The notes: generated by a model not told the origin, from the letters alone. 63,829 bases of DNA from Thermoplasmata archaeon (GCA_023256615.1 JAGDXO010000027.1:1-63829); one strand, 5' to 3'; counted from the first letter of the stretch, positions 27,867-37,628 are shown. Translations and numbers: made by a program.

Positions 27867-28184
27867 GAATGGCGATTGATAAGGGATATTTATTTTTAAC
27901 TCAAAAATTTATGATTATCTATTAATGTAAAATATAAGACAGAGGATAATTTATATTAGGCCTCAATGAGTCATGTCCCAATTAAAAAAGTTTAATGTCA
28001 AGCATATTCCAAGTAAGGAAGAACATCTTATCTTATAATATAATTTGAATAACTGAAAACTCATAACTGTCAGTTTCTCCAAAATATTATTTAATATATT
28101 AATATAAAGTTAAAAAGGAAAGTATTTGATTAACTGTAGAATCCGATAGAAGAAAATTTATACAGCTTATTAATACTCTTAAAA

Positions 28185-28333
28185 TGCCGTTCAAAGAAGC
28201 AATGGATAGACTCTTCAATAAGAAGATATGTATGAATTGTTATGCTTCAAATCCTGTAAAGGCAACTAAATGCAGGAAATGCGGGAGCAAGGAACTAAGA
28301 TTAAAAGCTAAAGAGAAAAGGGGCGGGCAATAA
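28185..28333 (+). pseudogene. rpl40e: 50S ribosomal protein L40e (eL40), reading frame broken by an apparent 1-nt deletion near 28259-28260
   Basis: Frame 0: [25 protein letters not shown], then an out-of-frame tail to TAA 28296-28298. The -1 frame from 28259 reads [24 protein letters not shown]. Joined, they give a canonical 49-aa CxxC-N10-CxxC L40e. Confidence 0.7.
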
Positions 28334-28335
28334 AG

Positions 28336-28908
28336 TTACAAAGTTTTCTGTATTGTCAACTCTACGGATTTAATCATTTTTTCTATTTCAAGAGTGGGGT
28401 ATTCCCCTGTTACGGATATATCGTCCGTGGCTGGTAAATGTATGAATCCCACTTTTGCCTTTGAATGATAGAGAGAATAATAAAATATTTTGTTACATAG
28501 AAATGTGCCAGCAGTGAACGAGAGTCTTGAAGGTATTTTGGAAGATCTGAGAGTATGTAATACTTCCCTTACAGGTATGGTTGAAAATATACCATCTGGT
28601 CCATTATCAATTATCTTCCCCTCCTGAGGCGTGAAATTATTTTCATCCTTCTCTGAACCCTGCCAGTTAACAGCTATGACTTCAACTGAAATATAGCTCC
28701 TTCCAGCAGCTAAACCAGTGTTTATTATAACAGAATATTCATTCTTCAATTCCTCTAAATAATTATTAATAGCCTCATGCGTAACATCTAGTTCAAGACC
28801 TCTTACTTCTTCTCCTTTGAAGTAAGAACCATCAAGTAATTTTGCAATCTCCCCGGAAGGATTTTTTTTAAAAGTTGAAAAAGGTTTAAAACCCGTCAGA
28901 AGAATCAT
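28336..28908 (-). CDS. pcp: pyroglutamyl-peptidase I (pyrrolidone-carboxylate peptidase)
   Basis: MILLTGFKPF...NPSG N-terminus, GTFLCNKIFY (catalytic Cys) and GFIHLP (His). Confidence 0.88.
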   Translation of the reverse strand: MILLTGFKPFSTFKKNPSGEIAKLLDGSYFKGEEVRGLELDVTHEAINNYLEELKNEYSVIINTGLAAGRSYISVEVIAVNWQGSEKDENNFTPQEGKIIDNGPDGIFSTIPVREVLHTLRSSKIPSRLSFTAGTFLCNKIFYYSLYHSKAKVGFIHLPATDDISVTGEYPTLEIEKMIKSVELTIQKTL

Positions 28909-30062
28909 TCAATCCACCCTAGCTGATCAATCACATATTTCCTTTCTTTCTCGAGATCTTCCTGATAAATTATATTCCCACCTTCAAGAATCTTCCTATA
29001 CATATTTTCCATTGGTGAATTATCGTAGGGGCAAATCTCTTCTTTCTCTGTACTAACAACAAATTTATGACAGTGAGGGCACCTGAAAACATTTTTTTCT
29101 CCTGAAAATTTTCCCCTCTTAGTTTTAGGAATTCCCTCAATACTTACTATATCCATGGCGAAATCAATAGACGGGGCGCTAGAAATAGATGTGCCAACTC
29201 CAAAGGCTGTTGCTCCGGCTTCTTTCAATCCGGGAATATCTATTTCCTTAATACCACCTGAAACTACTATCCCTACATTATTGAAACCATTTCTATCAAG
29301 TTCCCATCTTACTTCCCTTATTATATCAGCAAAATTCCCCCTTCTGGAAGAAGGAGTATCAAGTCTGACCGCGTTCAGATTTTTTATTATCCTTGCAGCT
29401 CTAACCGATGCGCCTTTTTCATCACAATATGTATCAACCAGTGCAATTCTCCCCACAGCCGGGTCAATTATTTTATCGTAAAGAGCCCATCCTTCCTCCT
29501 CTCCTAAGATAAGGAGCAGTGAATGTGGCATTGTTCCCTCCGGTTTCTTTCCTATTCTTTCTGCACCAATAACACTTGATACCTTATCACAGCCTCCTAA
29601 ATACGAATTCCTGTCAATTAATGGCGAGAGTGCTGGATGCATTCTCCTGGCTCCCATAGAAAGCAATGGTAAATCCCCAACTATTTTTTTGAAGTAGGAG
29701 GCTTTCGATGCTATTCCTGAGGCTTGGGATACTGCACCTAAAATGGGAGTTTCGTAAAGTCCGAAGTCAAGATATCTACCAGTGATTTTAATAGCTGGAA
29801 TTGGAATACCGTTGATATCCCTTGGCGGGAAGATCGTTCCTTCTGGTAAAGAATAAACATCTATATCTTTTCCTTTGAGTATTTCTGTGAGGTCGTCAAG
29901 ACCTGCAAGAACTATCCATGGAAGTTCTCTGTTGGATGACGTTATCTCCATGGTGACTACCGGATTAACACCAGCTTCTTTGAGTATATCTTTGACTCTC
30001 CAGAAGTAGACATCAGTAGTTCTTAAATTCTCTATATCTTCCAGGGAAGCAATATTTTTCAT
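28905..30062 (-). CDS. pncB: archaeal-type nicotinate phosphoribosyltransferase with a C-terminal zinc ribbon
   Basis: 385 aa. TDVYFWRVK N-terminus, TIM-barrel-like core with HSLLLI, C-terminal CPHC...CPYD. Sits next to nicotinamidase. Confidence 0.7.
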   Translation of the reverse strand: MKNIASLEDIENLRTTDVYFWRVKDILKEAGVNPVVTMEITSSNRELPWIVLAGLDDLTEILKGKDIDVYSLPEGTIFPPRDINGIPIPAIKITGRYLDFGLYETPILGAVSQASGIASKASYFKKIVGDLPLLSMGARRMHPALSPLIDRNSYLGGCDKVSSVIGAERIGKKPEGTMPHSLLLILGEEEGWALYDKIIDPAVGRIALVDTYCDEKGASVRAARIIKNLNAVRLDTPSSRRGNFADIIREVRWELDRNGFNNVGIVVSGGIKEIDIPGLKEAGATAFGVGTSISSAPSIDFAMDIVSIEGIPKTKRGKFSGEKNVFRCPHCHKFVVSTEKEEICPYDNSPMENMYRKILEGGNIIYQEDLEKERKYVIDQLGWIE

Positions 30063-30064
30063 CT

Positions 30065-30586
30065 TTAGCTAATATCTGTTTTGGATATTATTTTTGCTCC
30101 GTAGATACGCTCCATATAAGAAAGTGAATAATCTCTGGTAAAATCATCTACTGAATCAGTACATTCTTTTACAACTATGGGATTGAAACCTCTGAAGAAT
30201 GCAGAAGCCACAGTATTCTGTATACAAATATCGGTAACTAGGCCGCAGAAAAGAATGTTAGTCGCTCCTGCCTCTTTCAACCTATTTTCAAGATCAGTTC
30301 CAAAAAAGGCATCATATGTACTCTTTTTTATTATGATTCCCATTCCTTTTAATTCAGGTACAGTTTCTGCCTCGAATGAACCATCCATGGCATGTGGTCC
30401 CCATATCTTTATTTCAGGATCAGTAGGGACATGAGAATCCTGAACAAGAAAAGTAATCTTATTCAATTTTACTATGATATCCTTAATGTTTCTTGGTATA
30501 TCTCTATATCTTTCAGAGCCCATTTTACCAGAAACGAATACATTTATCATATCTACAACAACTATGGCATCTACATTTACCACCAT
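30065..30586 (-). CDS. pncA: nicotinamidase / isochorismatase-family hydrolase
   Basis: VVDMINVF and LFCGLVTDICIQNT (nucleophile Cys) motifs. 173 aa. Confidence 0.75.
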   Translation of the reverse strand: MVVNVDAIVVVDMINVFVSGKMGSERYRDIPRNIKDIIVKLNKITFLVQDSHVPTDPEIKIWGPHAMDGSFEAETVPELKGMGIIIKKSTYDAFFGTDLENRLKEAGATNILFCGLVTDICIQNTVASAFFRGFNPIVVKECTDSVDDFTRDYSLSYMERIYGAKIISKTDIS

Positions 30587-31926
30587 AGGAAACTCCCCTC
30601 GGTAGAATCTTCTATCCTGATTCCCAGTTCACCCAACTTTTTTCTAATCTCATCTGCCGTTCCAAAATCACCCTTCTTTCTTGCTTCGTTTCTAGCTGAT
30701 AAAATTAGATCGACAGCACCATCAGGTAATGGTGCATCGTGCACTATGCCAAATATCTCATCAATGGTGTTCAGCACATAGTTAATTTCACCATTAATTT
30801 TATCTGACTTATCTCTAATGCTCAGTGATTCTTTCAGGAAATCATTGATTAAAACCAAAGCTTCCTGCGTATTCATATCATTTTCTAATGGAGATATTAT
30901 ATTATTAATGATCTGAATTGAATTATCAGAAACTGAAGGCTCATATTTTTTAACGCGATGCTTTAGTAACGAAATTTTCTCCGCAATAATTTGTCCGTCA
31001 ATTAGTCCCTTTTCACTATAATTTGCAGGATTTCTGTATTGCATGGAGAGTAGGTAGATTCTTATGGCTTCCGGCCAGAATCTCTTTAAAAGATCTTCTG
31101 GGGACACAAAATTTTTGAGGCTCTTACTCATTTTAACATTTTCAACATTGAGGTGACCAGTATGTATCCAATAATTCACCATTGGAACTTTTCCTGAAAC
31201 ACCCTCCATTTGGGCTATTTCGGATTCGTGATGTGGGAATATCAAATCAGCTCCACCTCCGTGAATGTCGTATTGTGGGCCAAATATTGATTCCGTTATT
31301 GCAGTATCCTCTATATGCCATCCAGGCCGCCCCTGCCCCCAAGGGCTGTCCCAGTAAGGTTCTCCTGGTTTTCTCTTTTTCCAAAGTGCAAAATCTAATG
31401 GGTCCTTTTTATTTTCATTTATAGAAATTCTTGCTCCGGAAATCAGCGAATCTATAGACTGATGGGACAGCTTACCATAGTCGCTGAATCCCCTGACGCT
31501 GAAATAGACGCCATCATTTGTTTCATAAGCAAGACCCTTATGTTGTAACCTGCTGATCTGGTCTATTATTTCATTTATATAGTCTGTTGCAAAAGCATAA
31601 TAGTTAATAGAATCCACCCTTAATCTCTTCATAATCTCGAAAAAAGAGGATGAATAAGTGTTAACAACATCATTCCATCCCCTTCCTTCTTCATTAGCCC
31701 TGCTTATTATCTTATCATCTATGTCCGTAACGTTCATCAAATAAAATACTCTAAATCCTTTAAAACGAAGAAATTTTGCAAGTACATCAAAGAATATATT
31801 TGTCTTAGCATGGCCTAGATGAGGTTTATCGTAAACAGTAGGGCCGCATACGAACATTTTGAGTTTTTTGCCATTGTTTCCTTCAAGTTCCTTTAAGGTG
31901 AGTGAAAGAGTATCATATATCTTCAT
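30577..31926 (-). CDS. cysS: cysteine--tRNA ligase
   Basis: HLGHAKT (HIGH) and KMSKSLKN (KMSKS) motifs. WHIEDTA zinc-site region. Confidence 0.95.
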   Translation of the reverse strand: MKIYDTLSLTLKELEGNNGKKLKMFVCGPTVYDKPHLGHAKTNIFFDVLAKFLRFKGFRVFYLMNVTDIDDKIISRANEEGRGWNDVVNTYSSSFFEIMKRLRVDSINYYAFATDYINEIIDQISRLQHKGLAYETNDGVYFSVRGFSDYGKLSHQSIDSLISGARISINENKKDPLDFALWKKRKPGEPYWDSPWGQGRPGWHIEDTAITESIFGPQYDIHGGGADLIFPHHESEIAQMEGVSGKVPMVNYWIHTGHLNVENVKMSKSLKNFVSPEDLLKRFWPEAIRIYLLSMQYRNPANYSEKGLIDGQIIAEKISLLKHRVKKYEPSVSDNSIQIINNIISPLENDMNTQEALVLINDFLKESLSIRDKSDKINGEINYVLNTIDEIFGIVHDAPLPDGAVDLILSARNEARKKGDFGTADEIRKKLGELGIRIEDSTEGSFLWW

Positions 31927-31980
31927 ATAAACAGATTTAAATCATCATTAAATTTTTTACTAAAAAGAATATGACTGTCT

Positions 31981-33150
31981 GTGTCAGAACTTAATAAAGA
32001 ATTCAAAATGAAATCTGACTACTTAATGGGAAAGACGTTAATACTGGGAATTACGGGATCAATTGCTGCCGTAGAAAGCGTCAAACTAATTCATGAACTT
32101 AGAAGACACGGGGGCAATGTCCACGTGGTTGTTACGCAGTCGGCAATTAAGATTATTGGGATACAGGCACTGGAATATGCTTCTGGCAACCCAGTGGTTT
32201 CAGAATTGACGGGAAAAATTGAGCATGTATCTTTAATAAAAGAGTCAGATATATTAATCATAGCACCAGCAACCGCTAACTCAATCTCAAAAATGGCTTG
32301 TGGAATAGATGACACACCTGTGACATCATTTTTTACCACTGCCTTAGGAAAGATTCCTATTGTAATAGTTCCTGCAATGCACGAGGGTATGTATTCCAAT
32401 ATTATCATAAAAGAAAATATTGACAAATTAAAATCACATGGTGTCGTCTTCGTCGACCCGAAGGAGGAAGAAGGCAAAGCCAAAATTCAGGATTATGAAG
32501 TAATTGTGGCATCAGTTATTAGGGTTTTGAACAGGGAACTTGAAGGGAAGAAAGTATGCATCATAGGTGGATCAAGTATGGAGTATATAGATGATGTAAG
32601 AGTTATCACCAACACCTCTTCGGGTGAAACCTCTATTTCTCTGGCTAAAGAAGCATACTATATGGGTGCTGATCTTGATCTCTATTTCGGTATCACCAGA
32701 GTACAGAAGCCACCTTTCCTCTCTTTCAAATTTTTCAGCACGGTTGAAAATCTTCTCTCCTATAGGGAAGACATAATAAAAAATGATATAATAATAGTCC
32801 CTGCCGCACTTTCTGATTTTACTCCAAAAAAAATGAAAGGGAAGATATCTTCGGACCAGGGTTTTACATTGGAGTTAGAACCAACAAAAAAAGTATTAAA
32901 AGCTTTGAGGGAAAAATTTAAAGGGAAACTGATAGGTTTCAAAGCTGAAATTGATATATCAAAGGAAGAACTTATAAGAAGAGCCAGGAAGAGAATAGAA
33001 GAATATAGACTGGATGCAATTGTGGCTAACGATTTAAGGGAAGTGGAGGAAGGCAAAACCAGAGTCTATCTAGTCACATCAAAAAATTACAAGGAAATAA
33101 GAGGTGATAAGGATGAAGTTGCAAGAAAAATACTCAGAGAAGTTTGCTGA
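31981..33150 (+). CDS. coaBC: bifunctional phosphopantothenoylcysteine decarboxylase / phosphopantothenate--cysteine ligase
   Basis: N-terminal flavoprotein motifs (GITGSIAA, PATANSISKMACGIDD) plus a CoaB-like C-terminal half (ITNTSSGE). Confidence 0.85.
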   Translation: MSELNKEFKMKSDYLMGKTLILGITGSIAAVESVKLIHELRRHGGNVHVVVTQSAIKIIGIQALEYASGNPVVSELTGKIEHVSLIKESDILIIAPATANSISKMACGIDDTPVTSFFTTALGKIPIVIVPAMHEGMYSNIIIKENIDKLKSHGVVFVDPKEEEGKAKIQDYEVIVASVIRVLNRELEGKKVCIIGGSSMEYIDDVRVITNTSSGETSISLAKEAYYMGADLDLYFGITRVQKPPFLSFKFFSTVENLLSYREDIIKNDIIIVPAALSDFTPKKMKGKISSDQGFTLELEPTKKVLKALREKFKGKLIGFKAEIDISKEELIRRARKRIEEYRLDAIVANDLREVEEGKTRVYLVTSKNYKEIRGDKDEVARKILREVC

Positions 33151-33970
33151 AGCTTTCTCTCCAGGAAGTGCAACACTTTTTTTCATTCCTAACAAATTCA
33201 AGGATATCAGGAGAAAAGGTTCAAAAGGAGTTGCTATTTGCCTTGAAACGGGTATGAAAACAAAGATAATAAGAGGAGAAGAGACTGAAGTCAGGTTTAA
33301 TGGTATTCCAATTGACAACTCAATACAGGAGGAAGTTGCAAACCTATTAGGTTTCAGGGGAAAGATACTTTCTACGTCAGAATTACCTCCTTCCAGCGGA
33401 TTCGGATTAAGTGCTGCCGCTGCACTTACAACAGGTGCAGCAATTTCAGGAAATAATACCAGAATAGGTAAGATTTACAACATGGCACACGAAATAGAGA
33501 TAAGAAGAGGCACAGGTCTAGGCGACGTGCAGTCACAGGTCAACGGTGGCTTCCACATTAGACTAAGAGGAGGAAGTTTTCCATATTCAATAACAGAAAA
33601 TATATTGGAAGCAGAGAAGGAAATAATTCTTTTGCCGTATAAGAAAAAGATCCCAACAGGAGAGATAATCAACTCAGAAAATATGGTTGAAAATATTAGA
33701 AGGAACGGGACAAGAGCATTTGCGAGTTTTCTTAGAAGGCCAACACTCGAAAATGCCTTTACTCTTGGAAGAAGGTTTGCAATTGAATCCGGTCTTGTCC
33801 TTCCTCACGCTATGTCAATTCTGGAAGATCTGGAAGATAAAGTGGCAAGTGTTTCACTTATTGGGGAGAGTATTATAGCACCATATGATCACGAAACATA
33901 TGAAATACTTAGAAAACACGGAAATCCTATAATAACCAAAATATCAAGAAATGGAATCGTTATAGTTTAG
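33113..33970 (+). CDS. pantoate kinase (GHMP family, archaeal CoA pathway)
   Basis: AFSPGSATLFF N-terminus and GHMP motif PPSSGFGLSAAAAL. Next to coaBC. GGTGAT upstream of ATG 33113 (ORF-track GTG 33104 is an alternative start). Confidence 0.6.
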   Translation: MKLQEKYSEKFAEAFSPGSATLFFIPNKFKDIRRKGSKGVAICLETGMKTKIIRGEETEVRFNGIPIDNSIQEEVANLLGFRGKILSTSELPPSSGFGLSAAAALTTGAAISGNNTRIGKIYNMAHEIEIRRGTGLGDVQSQVNGGFHIRLRGGSFPYSITENILEAEKEIILLPYKKKIPTGEIINSENMVENIRRNGTRAFASFLRRPTLENAFTLGRRFAIESGLVLPHAMSILEDLEDKVASVSLIGESIIAPYDHETYEILRKHGNPIITKISRNGIVIV

Positions 33971-34697
33971 TGAAGTAATAAATATCATTATTTTTGTGAA
34001 CTTTCACTTCAAATACCGTTTCAAGCGATCTCACAAAATCAGGATTATCTTCTTTACCTAAGAATGATATATTTCCATTTTTGAGGAGAAGTATATTCCC
34101 ATTTAGATTTTTAATAATATTTACATCATGTGATACGATAATTATACCCTTCCCCTTGGACGAGAGAGAGGCAATTATAGAGGAAATTTCTAGAACAGCC
34201 TTGACATCAAGATGTGACATGGGTTCGTCCATAGATATAAATTCTGAATCCTGGACAAGGGCTCTTGCAATAAGACATTTCTGAAGTTCCCCTCCAGAAA
34301 TTTTGTTAATGTATTTATCCTTCAAATCATAAATGTTAGTTATTTTTAAGGCTTCTTCAATATCATTTTCCTCATCCCAGTAGTCCCTTTTCTTTCTGTA
34401 TAGGCCCATTGAAACAAATTCCTTTACTGTAAATGAAAATGGGGTTGTGAATATTTGAGGAACGTAAGAAATATATCTTGCTATCTCACTCCTCGAAAAG
34501 GATCTTATGTTCCTCCCGTCAATCTCTATTTCTCCTTCGAAATGAATTAGTCCCATCATACTTTTTAATAAGGTTGTTTTACCAGAGCCGTTTGGACCCA
34601 TTATTATCAGATTTTCTCCCTCTTTTACTTCCAGATTGATGTTGCTGAGAATCTGATTTTTCCCGTACCTGACTGAAATATTCTTGAGTTTGATCAT
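33960..34697 (-). CDS. ABC transporter ATP-binding protein (FepC/BtuD-like)
   Basis: Walker A GPNGSGKTT, signature ISGGELQ, Walker B FISMDEP. Confidence 0.88.
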   Translation of the reverse strand: MIKLKNISVRYGKNQILSNINLEVKEGENLIIMGPNGSGKTTLLKSMMGLIHFEGEIEIDGRNIRSFSRSEIARYISYVPQIFTTPFSFTVKEFVSMGLYRKKRDYWDEENDIEEALKITNIYDLKDKYINKISGGELQKCLIARALVQDSEFISMDEPMSHLDVKAVLEISSIIASLSSKGKGIIIVSHDVNIIKNLNGNILLLKNGNISFLGKEDNPDFVRSLETVFEVKVHKNNDIYYFTKL

Positions 34698-35680
34698 ATC
34701 TTTCTCCTCCTGTAAAGTAAGTAAATCAGTAGAGGAGAACCAATGAATGAGGTAATTATACCTACAGGAATCTCACCCTGGGGAGAACTCCTTGCTATTG
34801 TGTCGCTAATTAGAAGTAAATTTGCACCTATGAGGGGTGCAGTAAATATTAAGTATCTATGAGACTCACCAAATATTTTTCTACCTATATGTGGAGAAAC
34901 CAGTCCAATAAAACCAATAATTCCAGTTAAGGAAACTGCAAGACTTGTAATCAAACTTGAAAGGATTATAACTATTGATTTAACTCTTCCAGTGTTAACA
35001 CCCAAAGATTTTGCCTCCTCATCGCCAAGAAGTATAATATCAAGTTCCCTAGTAAAATATATCAGAATTGGAAAAATTATCAATGCTGCTATGAAAAGCC
35101 AGAAATCCTCATTCCAGTTGGCGCCATAAAGCCCTCCAAGAAGCCAGAACAAAACTCCTCTTAAGTTATAAACCTTCAGGTAAATTAGATAAGACGCAAC
35201 TGCAGAGAATAGGAAGCTCACAGAAATACCCGAAAGAATCAATATCTCTGCCTTGACTTCACCATCCGTTCTAGAGATTGAAAACGTAATTCCTACAGCC
35301 AGCATTGCAAATGAAAAAGCAAGTGGAGTTACGAGGAAAGGTGAGATAAGAAATCCTATAGCAGCACCAAGTGCAGCTCCGCTGGAAACTCCAGTTAGAT
35401 ATGGATCTCCGAGTGGGTTTCTAAAAATAGTCTGTGCAATTAAACCAGAAAGACCCAATATAGATCCAACAAGGAGAGCCAATATAACTCGTGGCATCCT
35501 TATATAGAATATTATTACATAATATGTCCAGGAATAATTGAAGCCAAAAATTTTATCATAAAATACGCTGATAATAGAATTTAGAGAAATGTGTACTGGG
35601 CCTATCGCAACAGATATTAAAAAATCAAATATGGTTAATATAACAAGTGAAAAAGAAATAAAAAATGTTTTCCCTTTCAT
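34694..35680 (-). CDS. FecCD/BtuC-family ABC permease
   Basis: 328 aa, polytopic. RNPLGDPYLTGVSSGAALG motif typical of the FecCD family. Confidence 0.85.
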   Translation of the reverse strand: MKGKTFFISFSLVILTIFDFLISVAIGPVHISLNSIISVFYDKIFGFNYSWTYYVIIFYIRMPRVILALLVGSILGLSGLIAQTIFRNPLGDPYLTGVSSGAALGAAIGFLISPFLVTPLAFSFAMLAVGITFSISRTDGEVKAEILILSGISVSFLFSAVASYLIYLKVYNLRGVLFWLLGGLYGANWNEDFWLFIAALIIFPILIYFTRELDIILLGDEEAKSLGVNTGRVKSIVIILSSLITSLAVSLTGIIGFIGLVSPHIGRKIFGESHRYLIFTAPLIGANLLLISDTIARSSPQGEIPVGIITSFIGSPLLIYLLYRRRKI

Positions 35681-36642
35681 GTGAATGCCTGCGGATATAG
35701 GAACTCTGCAACTATCTGAACAGCATATATGGTAAGTGGTCCAGGCTCATTCATTTCATTTGATTCAGTGTAATTAAGGAATAAGACTCTTGAGTCCTTG
35801 ACAGCTGAAATATTCTGCCATATGGGATTGCTCTGGAAATATGATATATTGGAAATTCCTGTTCCATTATCGACTATTATGGCCTGAGGATTATCTGAAA
35901 CTATGGTTTCATTTCCTATAATTGGATACGGAGAGGATAGATTGGAAGCAATATTGTATCCATTTGCTGTGTTTATTATATCATTAATAAAACTGCCAGG
36001 ACCAACTGTGTATATGGGATCTGGCCATAACATGTATAAAACACTTACTTTTTGATAATTCTCAACTTTCTGATGTATATTGGAAATGTAATTCTTCATA
36101 TAATTGATCTCCTTAATTGCTCCACTCTGGTGATCAGTAACATTTCCAAGTATATACATATCCCTGTAAATATCTGAAATATTCTGTGGTTCAAGTACAA
36201 GGACTGGTATAGAGAGGTTCTTCAATTGATCTATGATTGCTGTGGATTGGATAGTGGTGGCGAGCACCAGATTAGGTTTGAAGCTAACTACCTGCTCTAC
36301 TGAAGCTGTTCCATTATCCATTTCAACCTTTGGAAGTGAAGTGGCATTGCTGGGCCACCAATCATAGCTCGTATCAGCAACCACAAGATTTCCTGCTCCT
36401 ATTGCGTACATCATTTGGGTATTGGATGGGTCCATTGACACAACCCTTGTCACAGGAAGCTTTATGGTTACATTCCTACCGATGTCGTCTGTAACAATTA
36501 TTGTGTTTGCTTTTTTGCTTGAACTGTTCAAACCGTTGAAATACACAAAAGCAGCTGATGCAAGCACAATGAGAACAATGATCACAGATATATATTTTAA
36601 AATTTTATTTTTTTCCTCTTTATTTCTGGTATGTTCAGGCAT
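35677..36642 (-). CDS. membrane-anchored substrate-binding protein (BtuF/FhuD-like, class III)
   Basis: N-terminal signal anchor, then VVSMDPSNTQMM and PNLVLA motifs. First gene of the three-gene transporter operon. Confidence 0.7.
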   Translation of the reverse strand: MPEHTRNKEEKNKILKYISVIIVLIVLASAAFVYFNGLNSSSKKANTIIVTDDIGRNVTIKLPVTRVVSMDPSNTQMMYAIGAGNLVVADTSYDWWPSNATSLPKVEMDNGTASVEQVVSFKPNLVLATTIQSTAIIDQLKNLSIPVLVLEPQNISDIYRDMYILGNVTDHQSGAIKEINYMKNYISNIHQKVENYQKVSVLYMLWPDPIYTVGPGSFINDIINTANGYNIASNLSSPYPIIGNETIVSDNPQAIIVDNGTGISNISYFQSNPIWQNISAVKDSRVLFLNYTESNEMNEPGPLTIYAVQIVAEFLYPQAFT

Positions 36643-36726
36643 GTTTTCAAATAAACTTGAATTATTTAAATTTTACTTGAATATGATATCTTAAAATTTT
36701 TTAATATATAGTGATATTCACCCATA

Positions 36727-36993
36727 ATGCAAATTCATATAATATTCAGGGGAATTGTTCAGGGAATAGGATTCAGAGAAAGAACCCGAAGGATGGCCAA
36801 GAGCCTTAACATCAGAGGGTGGATAAAAAATAATGTTGATGGATCTGTTGAAGGGATTTTTCAGGGAACTCCTGAAGATATTGAAAAATTAATAAATTTC
36901 TGCGAGAATAGTATCCCTGATGCAATGATATCAGAAAAAATACTTGAATATATGAAAGAGGAGGATCTCGACAACTTCAAAATAATAAGATAA
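36727..36993 (+). CDS. acyP: acylphosphatase
   Basis: 88 aa. GIVQGIGFRERT and RGWIKNNVDGSVEG motifs. Confidence 0.85.
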   Translation: MQIHIIFRGIVQGIGFRERTRRMAKSLNIRGWIKNNVDGSVEGIFQGTPEDIEKLINFCENSIPDAMISEKILEYMKEEDLDNFKIIR

Positions 36994-37001
36994 AAATAAT
37001 T

Positions 37002-37520
37002 TTAAATCTTCAAAGTGGGTTTTCCAGGTTCCCAATCTACGGGACAAAGCCCTCCTGATTGTAATGCTGCAAGTACCCTCATTGTCTCCTCTGTGCTTCT
37101 GCCTACGTTGTCATCCGTTATAACCATGTATTTAATTATACCTTCAGGATTAATTATAAAAAGTCCCCTATGTGAATTCCCTGTGTTTTCATCAAGAACT
37201 CCGTATGATTCTGATATCAGCCCCTTTCTATCTTCAACCATGGGATATTTTGCTTTGGCTACTCTCTCATCATTCTCGACCCAGGCCTTGTGAACATAAA
37301 CTGTATCCCTGCTTACTGCAAGAATTTCAGCCTTCTTTGATTTGAATTCTTCATACTTTTCTGCAAATCCTTCAACCTCTGTGGGGCATACAAATGTAAA
37401 ATCAGCAGGATAGAAGAAAAGTACTACCCATTTTCCTCTATATGATGATAGAGAAATCTCCTTAATTTTTCCATCCACAAAGGCATTAGCCTTAAAATCT
37501 GGTGCCTGTTTTCCAATCAT
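37002..37520 (-). CDS. 2-Cys peroxiredoxin (AhpC/TSA family)
   Basis: FYPADFTFVCPTE peroxidatic Cys motif. C-terminal GGLCPVDW resolving Cys. Confidence 0.9.
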   Translation of the reverse strand: MIGKQAPDFKANAFVDGKIKEISLSSYRGKWVVLFFYPADFTFVCPTEVEGFAEKYEEFKSKKAEILAVSRDTVYVHKAWVENDERVAKAKYPMVEDRKGLISESYGVLDENTGNSHRGLFIINPEGIIKYMVITDDNVGRSTEETMRVLAALQSGGLCPVDWEPGKPTLKI

Positions 37521-37628
37521 TTTATCACTCCTAAATATTTATAGCGATATTAATCAAATTGATATAAACTTTGCCAAGTTATTCTCTGATATTTTCAAAA
37601 ACAATAGAAGCAAGTTTAAAATTAATTA

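Noticed and set aside
28250-28265. Programmed -1 ribosomal frameshift as the explanation for the broken rpl40e
   Set aside because: The junction (CCTGTAAGG) has no X XXY YYZ slippery heptamer and no obvious downstream stimulatory structure. A single-base homopolymer error or a real mutation is simpler.
30392-30781. 129-aa plus-strand ORF spanning the pncA/cysS junction
   Set aside because: It is antisense to two conserved overlapping genes and its sequence is low complexity.
37540-37570. Short palindrome ATCAA-A-TTGAT upstream of the peroxiredoxin gene as a peroxide-regulator operator
   Set aside because: The arms are only 5 bp and A/T-rich. This is too weak to distinguish from chance.
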